A stretch of 64,000 nt of DNA. Source: Camelus ferus (Eukaryota). Each line of letters starts with the position of its first letter. Position 1 is the stretch's first letter. The stretch is taken from assembly GCF_009834535.1 (NCBI RefSeq), contig NC_045697.1, positions 102,116,001 through 102,180,000 of the forward strand, in the 5' to 3' direction. Positions 52,932 to 64,000 of the stretch are shown here, one piece after another. Both the position numbers and the translations under genes were made by a program. Under the pieces are notes generated by a model that worked only from the letters and a program-made list of their open reading frames with translations, was not told where the DNA came from and ran no database searches.

Positions 52932-53654
52932 TGTTACTGAAACCACAGTTCCAGCTGCTCGCTGCTCGAAAGCCAACACAAAGAGAGGTACATGCTGGTA
53001 GGAAGGAAAGTTTGCTTTATTCGGAGGCCAGCAACCAGGGGTGAGAAGAAGGGTGGGGGCGGACTCCTGTCCAAAGGCTAACTACCTCCCCCCTGCACCA
53101 CTGCTGCTCAGTGGGCAAGAGCTTTTAAGGGGTAGTTTCAGGGGTGCACAGGCAGAGGGAGGGGGCTACATGCAGAACAGCACAGTTAGCTCTCACAGTC
53201 ACCTTGAAATTGCTCATGCAACGACCTGATCAGCATCATCTTGATTGTTTTAAGTACAGTTAATCTTCAGTTCCAGGACCCGTTTGTTTTCATTTCTTTG
53301 CTGCCAGTTCTTGGAATCGTGGCAGCTCATGTCATGGCTGCAGTCTGGCCATCATGTAGTTGACTTCTTGCACCTGGTGGGGGTTTCGGTATCTATAGGA
53401 CAGCTCAGGATATGGCTCAGAATATTATCTATAGCCCTTGAGGAGTAACTAAAGGTCTTTGGCTTTGCTTACTGATCAAACTATTATTATTTTGTTTTGC
53501 TTGACTATTTCCCTTTGTTTCTGTATCTTCTTATTTCTCTGATTAAATTTATTCTTTGACTGAAGTTTTTCTACAGACAGGAGTCAGGTGGAGGACATGG
53601 TGGAGGTGGGAGGGTCCGTCCTGGGAAGGCCCCGTAGAGTCCTGCTCCGTTTCA
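52932..53654 (-). mobile_element. Solo ERV1-like LTR nested in the MaLR 3' LTR
   Basis: TGTTACTGAAACC...CCGTTTCA termini; perfect 4-bp TSD GAAT (52928-52931, 53655-53658); minus-strand AATAAA near the end. Confidence 0.85.
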
Positions 53655-55569
53655 GAATGACTGTGTGAAGGATAAGCTCTGTTCCCCCACAGACCTGGAG
53701 TATTTCTGTACCATTACCTGAGTAATAAATACACTTCCTGTGTGTTAGCATCATTACACTTTGGGTCTTAAGCTGCACTAATTAATACCATGTATGATCA
53801 AGTGGATGGGCTAATGTGGCAGTAATCTCAAGCAGTGACAATACTCAAACTCAGATGGGTGGCAGCGAACAGGCTAGGTTGGTTTGGAATCATGATGACA
53901 TCAGGGCCTGAGGATACAGAGATGCATCTAGTCACAAGAAGAGGGCTATCCATGGGGTCAGAAACCAAAAGAAAGAGTTAGGATTCAAGTTCATTTTCCA
54001 TTCCTGGTAGAGGAATTGTGGGAAAAGCCATTTTTATCAATCAACATTGATCACTTTGCTTTAAGAGATGTTTTTAAACTACCAGGAAACAGTACTATTT
54101 TCACTTCCCTTTCTCCCTGTAGAATTCTTGAGGAAAAAAAATACGTGAGCTCCTGATCTGTTCTAGTTTTGATTTCAAGAAGAGGTACGAGGCATCTATG
54201 TCATAACGTGTCATTTTGGTGGGCTCTGTTCTAGGCACAATGAAGGACTGAGCTTGTGAAGATGCTCTGTCATGGCCTTGACACTCTTGGCACACCGGAA
54301 AGAGAATGGAGACAAATCACAGGATGCTGGAGCGTCATGCCATCTAGCTGTTTTACACAGGAGGAAGGGAAGAACGCTGGGAACGGGTGCCTCCAGTATA
54401 TTGGAAGTTTTGTGAAAACCTCGAGGTAAGTAGATCAAAATAAATTATTAAAGGGTTTTAAAAATTATTACATGGTTATTACTTCTTAGGAGATCATGTT
54501 TAGCTTTAGATGTGAACAGGAACTAATACATCTCAGGAGGAATGGACAGTGGAAACTCCTATACCTTTTGTTCCAGGAGAGAGATGAGGGCTTCATTTGC
54601 TTTCCTTTTGGGTTTTCTTTATAAGCCTCTGTGAGAACCATGATCACTGCTATACAAGGTAGCCATTAGATACCTAGAAATAAACACTGTTCTGGAGCAG
54701 ATTTGTTTGAAGACGCCCAACTTTCTGCTTTCTGCTGCTGGGGGACATTGCTGTTGTTTCTAAGAGGGAAAATTAGCCTGATTCTTTTAAACTAAGATTT
54801 GAATGATATAAAATTTGTTGAGCTGATGAAAGGTCATACACACACCTGCTGCTAACATTACAACAAACTGGTAATATGTCTTAATGTGAAAAAAAAAAGT
54901 TTTTAAGACTACAGCATATTAAAAAAATAAGATCACCTTCCTCCTGAGGTGTAAAGGCTAAGTTACTGATGAATTGGGAAATAGAAGTCTTTCTGTTTTG
55001 CCTTTTCTTTGAAGCATTTATCCTTCAGCTTTCAAGGACTGTTTTTACAGTTATGGTACATTTTGAACACACCCCAAAAACCTGTTTCATGAGATATGGA
55101 TAATGAATGTGTACCAAAATGTCTCTGGTGTTCAGTTTTGAAATTGAGCTCTAGCTTAGAGATACTCAGCAGGAACCTGTAGTGTTGGTACCACTTCATT
55201 TTAAATTAGCGGCATTGGTTCTTAATCAACAAGAAGAGGGAAGAAACTATTTAACGTTGCTGCCTATTTTTTTCTGAACTTGTTAATTTATGTACTTATA
55301 CTTTTGTTTAGTTTAAACATGCTATGTTTTCTACCTTTTAACTTAAAAGTAATTTATACACACATTTTGACATGTTGAACAAAGTCCACATACTTGTAAT
55401 TTTTCATGACTATGTGACAGTCTATTTTGTTACTATATTAACAAGTAAATTATAACTGACACATAGACAATATTGAGTTGTTGGACATTTAGTTTCTTTT
55501 TTCTTTCTGTTATTAGCCACTGCTGTGAGTATATAAAATAAATTATAAAATAATAAATTATGGATTCCT

Positions 55570-56025
55570 CTTTTTTTTGGTTTATTTATTGAAGTATGAT
55601 TGATTTACAGTGTTGTGTTAGGTTCAAGTGTACAGCAAAGTTATACATATATATTTTTTCAGATTATTTTTCATTATAGGTTATTACTAAGATATTGAAT
55701 ATAGTTCCCCATGCTATACAGTAGGGCCTCGTTGTTTATCTATGTTATATATAGTAGTGTATATCTGTTAATCTCAAACTCTTAATTTATCCCTCCTCCT
55801 TTTCCCCTTTGGTAACTGTATGTTTGTTTTCTGTGTCTGTGAGTCTCTTTCTGTTTTGTAAATAAGTTCATTTGTATAGTCTTGTTTTTAGATTCCACAT
55901 ATAAATGATATCATATGATACATTTGTCTTTTTCTGTCTAACTTACTTTGCTTCACTAGTATGGTAATCTCTAGGTCTATCCATGTTGCTGCGAATGGCA
56001 TTATTCCATTCTTTTTTATGGTTGA
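55570..56025 (-). mobile_element. L1 3' end
   Basis: TTATTGAAGTATGATTGATTTACAG...CTCTAGGTCTATCCATGTTGCTGCGAATGGCATTATTCC. Confidence 0.9.
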
Positions 56026-57204
56026 GTTTTTTTTTTTATTGGAGTACTTTCTTCAAAATGGACATACTGAAACAAAATGTATGGGCAAATTTGTAAATTT
56101 GGAGATACATTTTTCTACTGTTTCTGAGTCAATTTACAGAGTAACTGACAATGTATGTGGTTTTTTTTTTCATTATGCCTTATCTGCTTTTCATCAACAA
56201 ATGGCTTTGCCACGTTAATAATTCTGTCAGTAAAATGGTCATATTGAATGACCAAGACTCACAGGATACAATTAAAAATAAGGTTGGTTATTTCTCCTGT
56301 ATCCTTTAAAGTGTATTCTATGAAACTGGTTCTTCCACTGTTCCTCTGTCAAAATCTGGGTAGACGCCATTACCTTTCTGGTCACTATTAGATAATACAA
56401 ACTGTCCTCCAGTTAGTAGTTAAAATTTCGATACCAGTGCAATAATCAAAATTTCTATTCTGATTTTAAATTGGTGGTTTTACTCTTCCTCCCACCTAGG
56501 ATCAGGAAAAAGGGACCGTCAGCTCCTTTCCCCCACCCCACCTCGAGCTTTACTCCTCTTCCTCCATCTTGCTGCCCAGTATTTCTGACCCCTCTCGCAC
56601 TGGAACACGGGCAGGGAAAAATTAGGTAAGGGAGTAGGAGAGTTCTGACTAGACCAGCATCTTCGCAGTGGCCAAGCATTCTACTCTTGGCAGAGATTTC
56701 TCTTTGGATCTTTTTCTTGGAGGTGCTTTTGTGGCTTCTGCAAAACTTGCCCTCACCTACTATTCTCCCATTGCCCCCTCCCCACCAACTCTAGGAATGT
56801 TTGTCGTCCCCACTTCACTGCCTCTCCTTGCTGCACTGTCCGAGCAGGACTGGGGGCATCTGTTGTTTGGATTTCCCAAGGGAGAGTCAGACTTCTGTAA
56901 TGTTCCGAGGGCATATCCCAGCTCTCTCAAGACCCTCTGGAGCTCTTGACTTGAAGTGGAGGGAGAGACTCCCCACCCCTTCTCCTTAGGAGTCGGGTTG
57001 ATGACATGCCCACAGCTCTTTTCTACACTCCATTCTCTTTAATCACCTCCTCACACTTTTATCCCTTGGCTGTCATTGAGAGCTTTAGAATCGTGTAATC
57101 TTAAGGTGTCTCCTTTGCAAATTCTGTTTGAAGCCTCATACGTCAGCCCAGATTATGGTCTTTGTTGGTTTAGGGTGTCAGTCTAATCATCTATTTTAAT
57201 ATTC

Positions 57205-57430
57205 TGTTAGTCAGCTAAGACTCTTTCTATTATAAATGATGAAAACCCCGATACAAAACTAGCTTAAGCAAAAAGTTGATTGCTTAACTCACATTACTAA
57301 GAAGGGATGGTGTTGGCTTAGACATAGCTGGATTCAGAGCTCATCAGGACCTAGGCTTCCTCACTGTCTCTCTCTCTCCAGCTGTCCTTGTGTTGGCTTT
57401 ATGTTTATTATGGGGCCTCCCAGTGCATCC
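57205..57430 (-). mobile_element. Old MaLR LTR fragment (MLT1K/L-like)
   Basis: TGTTAGTCAGCTAAGACTCTTTC...AAAACTAGCTTAAGCAAAAAG...AGCTGGATTCAGAGCTCA. Confidence 0.55.
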
Positions 57431-58309
57431 AGGCTAGCCTGCTTTCCATCTGCTAGATGGTCCATATCACTTTCCAGTGCTTCTTCTTAGGTCTGTGTGC
57501 ATGTTTAATGTCACAGTCACTCCCAGCTTAGCCCCATTCCGTTCCTTCTCACTCCTTCCCTGGCTGTGATCCCAGTGCACAACCATTTTATACCATTCTT
57601 ATCTCACTCAAGACCACTCAGCCAGTTGTCAATTTTAAGGTCCCCTATTCTTTAACCTTGTAAGTGCAGATTGAAGAAGAAATCTTCTTCTTTATTGTTA
57701 ATTTCTTTTCAAGCATAAAAAAGTTACTGGGAAATAATACATATATTGGTAAAATTTAATAATCATAACCTAGGGTACAAAAATTTAACTATATTTATTT
57801 TTCCCATAATTGGATTTATTTTCTATTTTCAGGACCTGCTATGTCTTTTGCACATAAGTAATATATTACCTTGCAGATAAACCTATAAAATATAGTTATG
57901 ATGGTCTCTTTATCTTTCCTCTTCTGTATTATACAAATTTCAACATGACATATTTTACATTTTGAGAAGATAAATTAGGACTAGTTCTGAAAGGCTGCCT
58001 CTTTGCTCATATAAAAGCATATGATAATACCTATGTACACAATCATGTTTGAGTGATCTGCTATTGCAACATTATTTATTCCATCAAAAAAAAATCCTTA
58101 TGTGTTAACCTAGAGTTAGTTTCTATACAGAAGAAAAAAACCCAGAGGCTTTAGTGCAAGAGAAATGGTTATGGAGAGTATCAGAGACTACGCATTACAA
58201 TAACTAATAAATAAACCAGACATTATTCAGATTTAAGTATATACTGATATCGAAGAGTATGTCAAGTTTGTACCTGACTGGCATGAGGATCATGTAAGAG
58301 GTAGTGTAT

Positions 58310-59490
58310 TTTTTTCCCCTGCTGACTACTATTAAGACTTTTCTTCTTGTTTCTCATTTTTTTTATAATTGCATTTTTTCTTCTTGTGGATATAGCACTT
58401 CATGAAAGTGTGGCTTGATGTCTCTTGAGAGTTTTGAAAAAATTCTCAGCCTTTATCTATTTAAGTATTAATTCTGCCCATTATCACTCTCCAGTCCTCC
58501 GAGGATTCCTGCTATACGTACGTGAGATGTTTTCTCTGTGTGCTGTCTGCTCCTTATATTCCTTCCTGCATCTTGCATACTTTGGCCTCTCTGCACTCCA
58601 GTCCGAGTATTTTCTTTTTGTCTACCCTCCAGTTTTCTGTTTTCTCTATTCAGCTGAGGCTAATATGCTACTAAACCTTTCTATCAAGTTAATCATTTCA
58701 GTTAATTACTTTTTTAGTTCTGAAATTTCCATTTGATTTTAAAAATATATATTAAAGATCTCTTCTGAAAGTCTCCATCTTGTTATGTGACTTCTTGAAT
58801 AAGTCAGTCAGAGTTATTTTAAAGTCTTCTGAGAACTCTAATATCTAGATCTCCAATGGCCTCGTATCTATGTTTTGCTTTTGTCTGGGTCTTCAATCCT
58901 TTTCTATCTTTTTTGTACACCTGGTTATTCTTAATACTAAGTGTTGGGCATTGTGTGTGAAAATCATGAAGATAATTTGAGGATCTGCATTTTGTTATTG
59001 TCCTCTAGAAAAGATTTACATTAGTGTTTATCAGGTAATTAAGGTGAGGAAGATAACCTTCAGTTTATCTGGGGTTGAGATGATGCAAAGCAAACCATCA
59101 GTCTTTGTCAGGGTTTGTCTACTTCTGGTTTGTCCTACTCTTAGGCTATAAATTGGGGACTATAACAGAAAGCCTGTGTTGACCAGGGCCCTCTTTGATG
59201 GGTCTTGAATTGCAATGTTTGTACCTCTGATCCCAGGAGACCAACAAGTTCTGCTTAGTTTCTTAGCATTTCACATCCTACTTTGGGATTGGCAAATGCA
59301 TGGAGGGAAAACATCATGTTGAACATAGGTCTCAGATTTCAGAGCCTCTTTTCTTTTTGGGACTTTGGATCCTTAAGTCATCACTGCCTTGATAATTCTC
59401 TGATGCCTTCAATCAGATTAAAACAAATCTTTTATCTGTCTTCCCTAGAGAGAGTTCACCTGAAGCAGGATTCTCACGGTTTCCAGAAGT
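58310..59490 (-). mobile_element. Ancient L1 5'/ORF1-region remnant
   Basis: T-rich tract resembling 23.5-24.7 kb (AAAATTCTCAGCC...TTTTTAGTTCTGAAATTTCCATTTG). Confidence 0.55.
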
Positions 59491-59504
59491 AGTAGTCCTA
59501 AGAG

Positions 59505-59745
59505 GCAGCATTGCATAGTTAGGAAAATGGACTCCAGGGCTGGTCCCCTGGGTCCAGACTTCCTCTACCACTCACATGCTGAATTCTGCTGGGAATGCCA
59601 TTTATTCCCTCCGTCCGTTAGTTTCTTCAGCTTAATATAAGAATAAACTAGTACCTACCTTTTAAGAGTTTTGTGAAGATAAAGCATTTAAAACAATGTC
59701 TGACATGTGGTAATTGCTCAATAAATGTCATATTAACATATCATT
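59505..59745 (+). mobile_element. MIR SINE
   Basis: GGCAGCATTGCATAGTTAGG...TAGTACCTACC...GTAATTGCTCAATAAATGTCA. Confidence 0.7.
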
Positions 59746-60819
59746 ATCCATGATATTTGTGCTTAAAATAAATTTAAATAGTAAAGTACTCATTGAATGC
59801 ATAATTGTCCTATGGTGCTGTAGTAATAAAAAAGAAAATTTCAACCTTGTTTCTGCTAAGACAGTAAAATCGAAGGCATAATGCTGATATCTACACTTAT
59901 ACAGGCAACAATATGAGACAATTGTTACAATCACAGCCACACCACTTAAGTAGAAGAGACAGTCTCGGAAGGTTTATGACTCCAGAAAGCACCTGGAATT
60001 AGAGAAAAACTTTTTGAAGAGAAGATGTCATAGAATGGTCAAAACTTTCTGGGTTTAAAAGTCAGTGGAATTAGTGATTCTGAAGAGAGGCTATATTACT
60101 TCTGTTGGTTAAAAGTGTTTGATATTGAAAAAAAAAAGTGATGTCTTACTTTAAAGAAAATTTCTCCAGTAGATTGTATACTTCTTAGCTGGCACTTAAA
60201 AGTTACACGATACTTAATTTGTACATTGGTTCCATTATTAGCTGTTAAGTACAAATGGCAAGAATTTCTTTTATAACACCCCGAATCTCCAAAATGTTTG
60301 CTAACTAATTGTCTGAGAGGAAAGAGGGCAAGTCAGAATTATGAAAGGGGTGGGCCTTTTTCAAACTACAAGTACCCACAATGAGTCATTGTGTTGGATA
60401 TTTAAAAAAAAAAAAAAGGATGAAAATCAGTAGATTACTTCCTTTTGTCATTGAGATCAAATTTTTCTAACCGTATTGTCTTCAGAACAGACTTGCTTTT
60501 CCAGTTTAATCTCAAGGACATTTGAAAGCTACTAATGAGAACTGAAATGTTGAAAAGGAACTGACTTTTTTTGTACATCTACTTAGTGAAAAAGCATATT
60601 GTAATATTCCAGGTACAAAAGATAAGGAATATTGGCTTTTCTGCTTTGCACAACAAAACATGAGATGGCAGAAAGAAACCTAGGAACAGCCTTTACTTTA
60701 AAGTCTAAACATTTCCACAGAATGTTTAAAGCAGATTGGCTACAGAACTCTGCTGCCTTGCTGATAGCAAGGAAGAAGACTGTCACAGGTGATATTAATC
60801 AGAGCTTCCATTTTTCAAA

Positions 60820-60990
60820 CACTCTCTTGGTGCTGGGCACCCCTCATACCTCATTTCGAATAAATCTCAAGACATTTTCACAAGGTAGTTATTCTCATCC
60901 TCATATTACAGATAAGGAAACTGCAGTTATGTGAATAAATAAGCAAGGGTTCAGACTCTGGCTCCAGAATTGATTCTCTTTCCATCCCAT
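60820..60990 (-). mobile_element. MIR SINE
   Basis: CATATTACAGATAAGGAAACTG core. Confidence 0.6.
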
Positions 60991-62799
60991 GCCACGTGAA
61001 AGCTTTATGACATCACTGTATAATGTCATGTTAAATGTGAAGAAAAGCTTCATGAAGTAAGAAGCAGGTTTTGCAGAGCCTCGTAGGAATTACAAAAGTG
61101 AATGGAAGTCCCTGCTCTTAGTGAATCACTGTTAAGGCGGGGATGGAACTCAGGTCATAGTACACGCAAGAAATTGTGTACCAGCGCTGTGAGAATCAGA
61201 GGACTTGTTTAAGGCTGGAGACTGAAAATCTCTTTATCAGTTGCCAGTGGACGTATTCCAGCTAAATACAGCTGAGGGCGCAAACATGTTAGAAGTGGGT
61301 TGACACAGTGAAAGGTCTATGCATGATGTTGGGTAGAGTTTTGTACTGATCTTTGCTTAAATGACCTTAGGCTCTTAGGAGTTTCTTGTGTGAAATTTGT
61401 GACATTTGCTAAGACAAATGTTTCTAATAAATCGGAAGTTCTCCCTCAGATACTATTATGGATATCACTAAAGTACCCCTCTCACCGCGTCCTTCCTTGC
61501 CTCCCCACGTTCTCCCTTCGCATGTCTCTCCCCTGCCACCATCATTTTCTTCCAGGTGTAGACCCTTTGCTCACACCTACACAAACATATTTTCTAATCA
61601 GCTTTGCTCCTAACTCCCTGCTCCAGTCCAAAAGTTTAAGAAATTCAAAGTGAACCATTCATAGGGTCATGTTGGCCTCATCGGTAAGATTTCTTTACTA
61701 TGATCTTATGATGATTTAATTGTAAAAATGTTAAGAGTGAAGATCCATTCTTCCCACAAACATTAAATTTAAATGTGAAAAGTCCATTGATAGAAGTACA
61801 GAGAAATTGAGGACAAGTTCAGGGAGGTTAAAGCCATTCATATTTTAGTTATTCTCTGACCTCTCTTGCTTTGGTAGAGATGAGACAGTCACTCTAATCG
61901 CTTACTGTTTTTGACTTGTAAATTACTTTGGAGACAAAGCTTGTCTCATCTTCTCTCTTGGTTCAATCTTTTATTTCTATTGAAAAAGTACATTTAAAAT
62001 TGCCTTGATGCTTGGGTTATTCATTTGATTAAATTAACCCAATAATACTGTTAAAGCTACTTTTAAAAAATATATACAAACAGAAGTATATTGTTCTTAT
62101 TCTTTACTTTTAAATAATCAGTTTAGTACAAGAATACTCTGAACATACAAGTAAGTTAAAGTTTAGATTTTTAAAATATTTATTAAAAATAAATTTAAAT
62201 TGCCAAGCCCATTATGTACACATCGTTACTTACTTATCACACAGCAATGGAAAGCCATATGGATTTTTATTCATTTGGAAATAGAACATCGCAAGAAGGT
62301 TGTTTGTTTTTATATTGCTTTTCAAGTTTTACTATAAATGAGTGATAACTGTATAGTCACAAACCCTTAGTGTCTTGTATCCAGAGTTTTGGATTATTTA
62401 AACCAATTTCCAAAACTTTATTAATAAGAGAAACAAGAACTGAACGGATTAAAGAATTTAATTGAGAATGCAGAGTAGCCTTTTAACATATTTACCTGCA
62501 TGGCAAATTTGCACATCTTGTTGCATTAACAAAGTTATGAAGAAGTTTCTTTCGCAAGGAAAAGTTATCAATTCTTTCTCAGGATACTCTGCCTACTGAC
62601 ATAAATAACTCTTCCAGTGGAATACAGTGCATCGGTCAGTGCCCTTGGCGAGTTAATGCCCTTCTGTTAGATAGGTTCATTTAAATGAGCCATTTATACG
62701 TACGTAACATCTCACTTTTTTAATGCGAAAAACTTGATTTATGCATTAAAGTATGAATGTGGGTATCATTTTATATATTTATATCTATGTCCTAGTCTT

Positions 62800-62856
62800 T
62801 ACATATATGTACACATACATGTATGTATGTATGTGTACATATGTATGTATGTATGC
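62800..62856. repeat. (TATG)n / (CATA)n microsatellite
   Basis: ACATACATGTATGTATGTATGTGTACATATGTATGTATGTATG. Confidence 0.8.
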
Positions 62857-64000
62857 AAGGCATTTCCAAGCACAAGCTTTATTAGTGTGACTAAAACATC
62901 GTCATCATTCATGTAATACCATACCTTGCCTTTTCAGCAATGAGGGAAATAATAGCATTTTGCTGTGCTCCTAATTTAATCAAAACAGTGAAAATAGACT
63001 CAGAAGTTTAGAACGAGAAGAGAACTTAGATTTTATGTAGATATTATAAGCCTTTCATTTGACAGCAGAATCATTAAAATACAGTAGAATAAGTCAGTCT
63101 TAAAGAATGGCAGATGAAGCCAACTAAAGTTTTGGATCAGAATTCTAAATCAATGGATTATGAAAATTATGCTAACACACAAAAGTAAGCGTAAAAGGAA
63201 GTATTTATCACCAGACTCATTATGATGAAATTTTTATCCTGAACTCATACAACGTAGGAAAGTAAACAATTTGTTGGTTTTTTATGTGTTCATTTTTCAC
63301 TTGACTGAATTTCACATATTTGACTGAAGTCTTTTGTCTTTGAGTTTTTCCAAAACTTGGTTTGGTGAGCAGATTCTCATCAATTCTGTAGAAGGATTAT
63401 AGAGAGAGAGAGAAAAAAATACAAAACTGTAGTGTAAAACATAGTTATATTTAAATACCACAGGAAATTAATGCATAAAATAAATTTCAGGATTCTACAT
63501 TCTTAAGAGTTGTCCTTGAATACAATTATTAGGAACTGAAAGGAATTTCTTTTCAGATTAGCTCTATTAGAGTTATGTGTAACAAAAAAATGTCTTAGAA
63601 ATCTATTCCAAAAGCCTTAGGTAGGGAACAAACATAATTCCTCTGTTTCTAGTTTCTGCAAACATGAGAAACTAACAGAGAATTCTGTAGGGGTGGACTG
63701 TCATGGGGAGGCAGTCAGTGATAAGTCAGTTGAGTTATTACATATGTGTGTTTGAATTTAAGACAAGCTTCTTAGTCCGTAATCTCTTTCAGGAATCACT
63801 TTTTTTTTCCCTTGGACATAAGCAAGGGCAAGTCTGTGCAGAAACTCCCTGCGTGAGTCCTCTCTGATTCTAGCGTGGGATGGAAGGGCAGGGGCTGGTC
63901 TTTCCGACCAAATCCGATGCTCTACCTTTCTTGGCCGGTAGGTTAGGTTTATATTACTGCCGAGGGTGCGTGAAGGGATGGGGAGAGCCTTTGCTGTTAT

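Larger units (their letters stand above)
50620..53790 (+). mobile_element. MaLR (MLT1H/I/J-like) provirus: 5' LTR, internal region, 3' LTR, with nested insertions
   Basis: 5' LTR ends CTAATACA at 51002; MLT1-int-like sequence follows; 3' LTR starts TGTGGCAGAGACTG at 52639. Both LTRs share related motifs (ATGACTGTGTG; GGCCAATGACATGTG / GATCAACAGAATGTG). 5' boundary approximate. Confidence 0.65.

Noticed and set aside
58237..58300. Protein-like peptide VYTDIEEYVKFVPDWHEDHVR
   Set aside because: In-frame stop immediately upstream, poor acceptor context, no recognised family.
1..64000. CRISPR arrays, operons or other prokaryotic systems
   Set aside because: The sequence is mammalian (L1, L2, MIR, MaLR); recurring similar segments are dispersed L1 3' ends, not repeat-spacer arrays.

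Overview
AT-rich, repeat-dense mammalian genomic DNA, most likely camelid (alpaca/camel): it carries tRNA-derived SINEs of the Vic type and many short, young-looking L1 3' ends. No intact protein-coding gene could be identified, and most ORFs in the track are L1/LTR debris or chance ORFs. The standout is ~18.1-19.1 kb, a minus-strand processed pseudogene of RBP2 (cellular retinol-binding protein 2). It is intronless and frameshifted, yet it is the only CpG island in the window. It carries NRF1-like and YY1-like motifs and outward-facing splice donors on both strands. A second, inverted copy of the RBP2 3'-UTR end with poly(A) lies ~800 bp away and lacks these CpGs, so it acts as an internal control. 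The comparison suggests the island copy gained CpGs and a consensus 5' splice site and lost its poly(A) signal, i.e. a retrocopy possibly exapted as a bidirectional promoter. A solo ERV LTR next to it points into it. The rest is L1 (including 5'-inverted copies with TSDs), L2, MIR, MER20, MLT1 LTRs and a MaLR provirus with two nested solo LTRs, plus some weakly supported candidate exons. Repeat subfamily names and parent-gene comparisons come from recall, not database searches.
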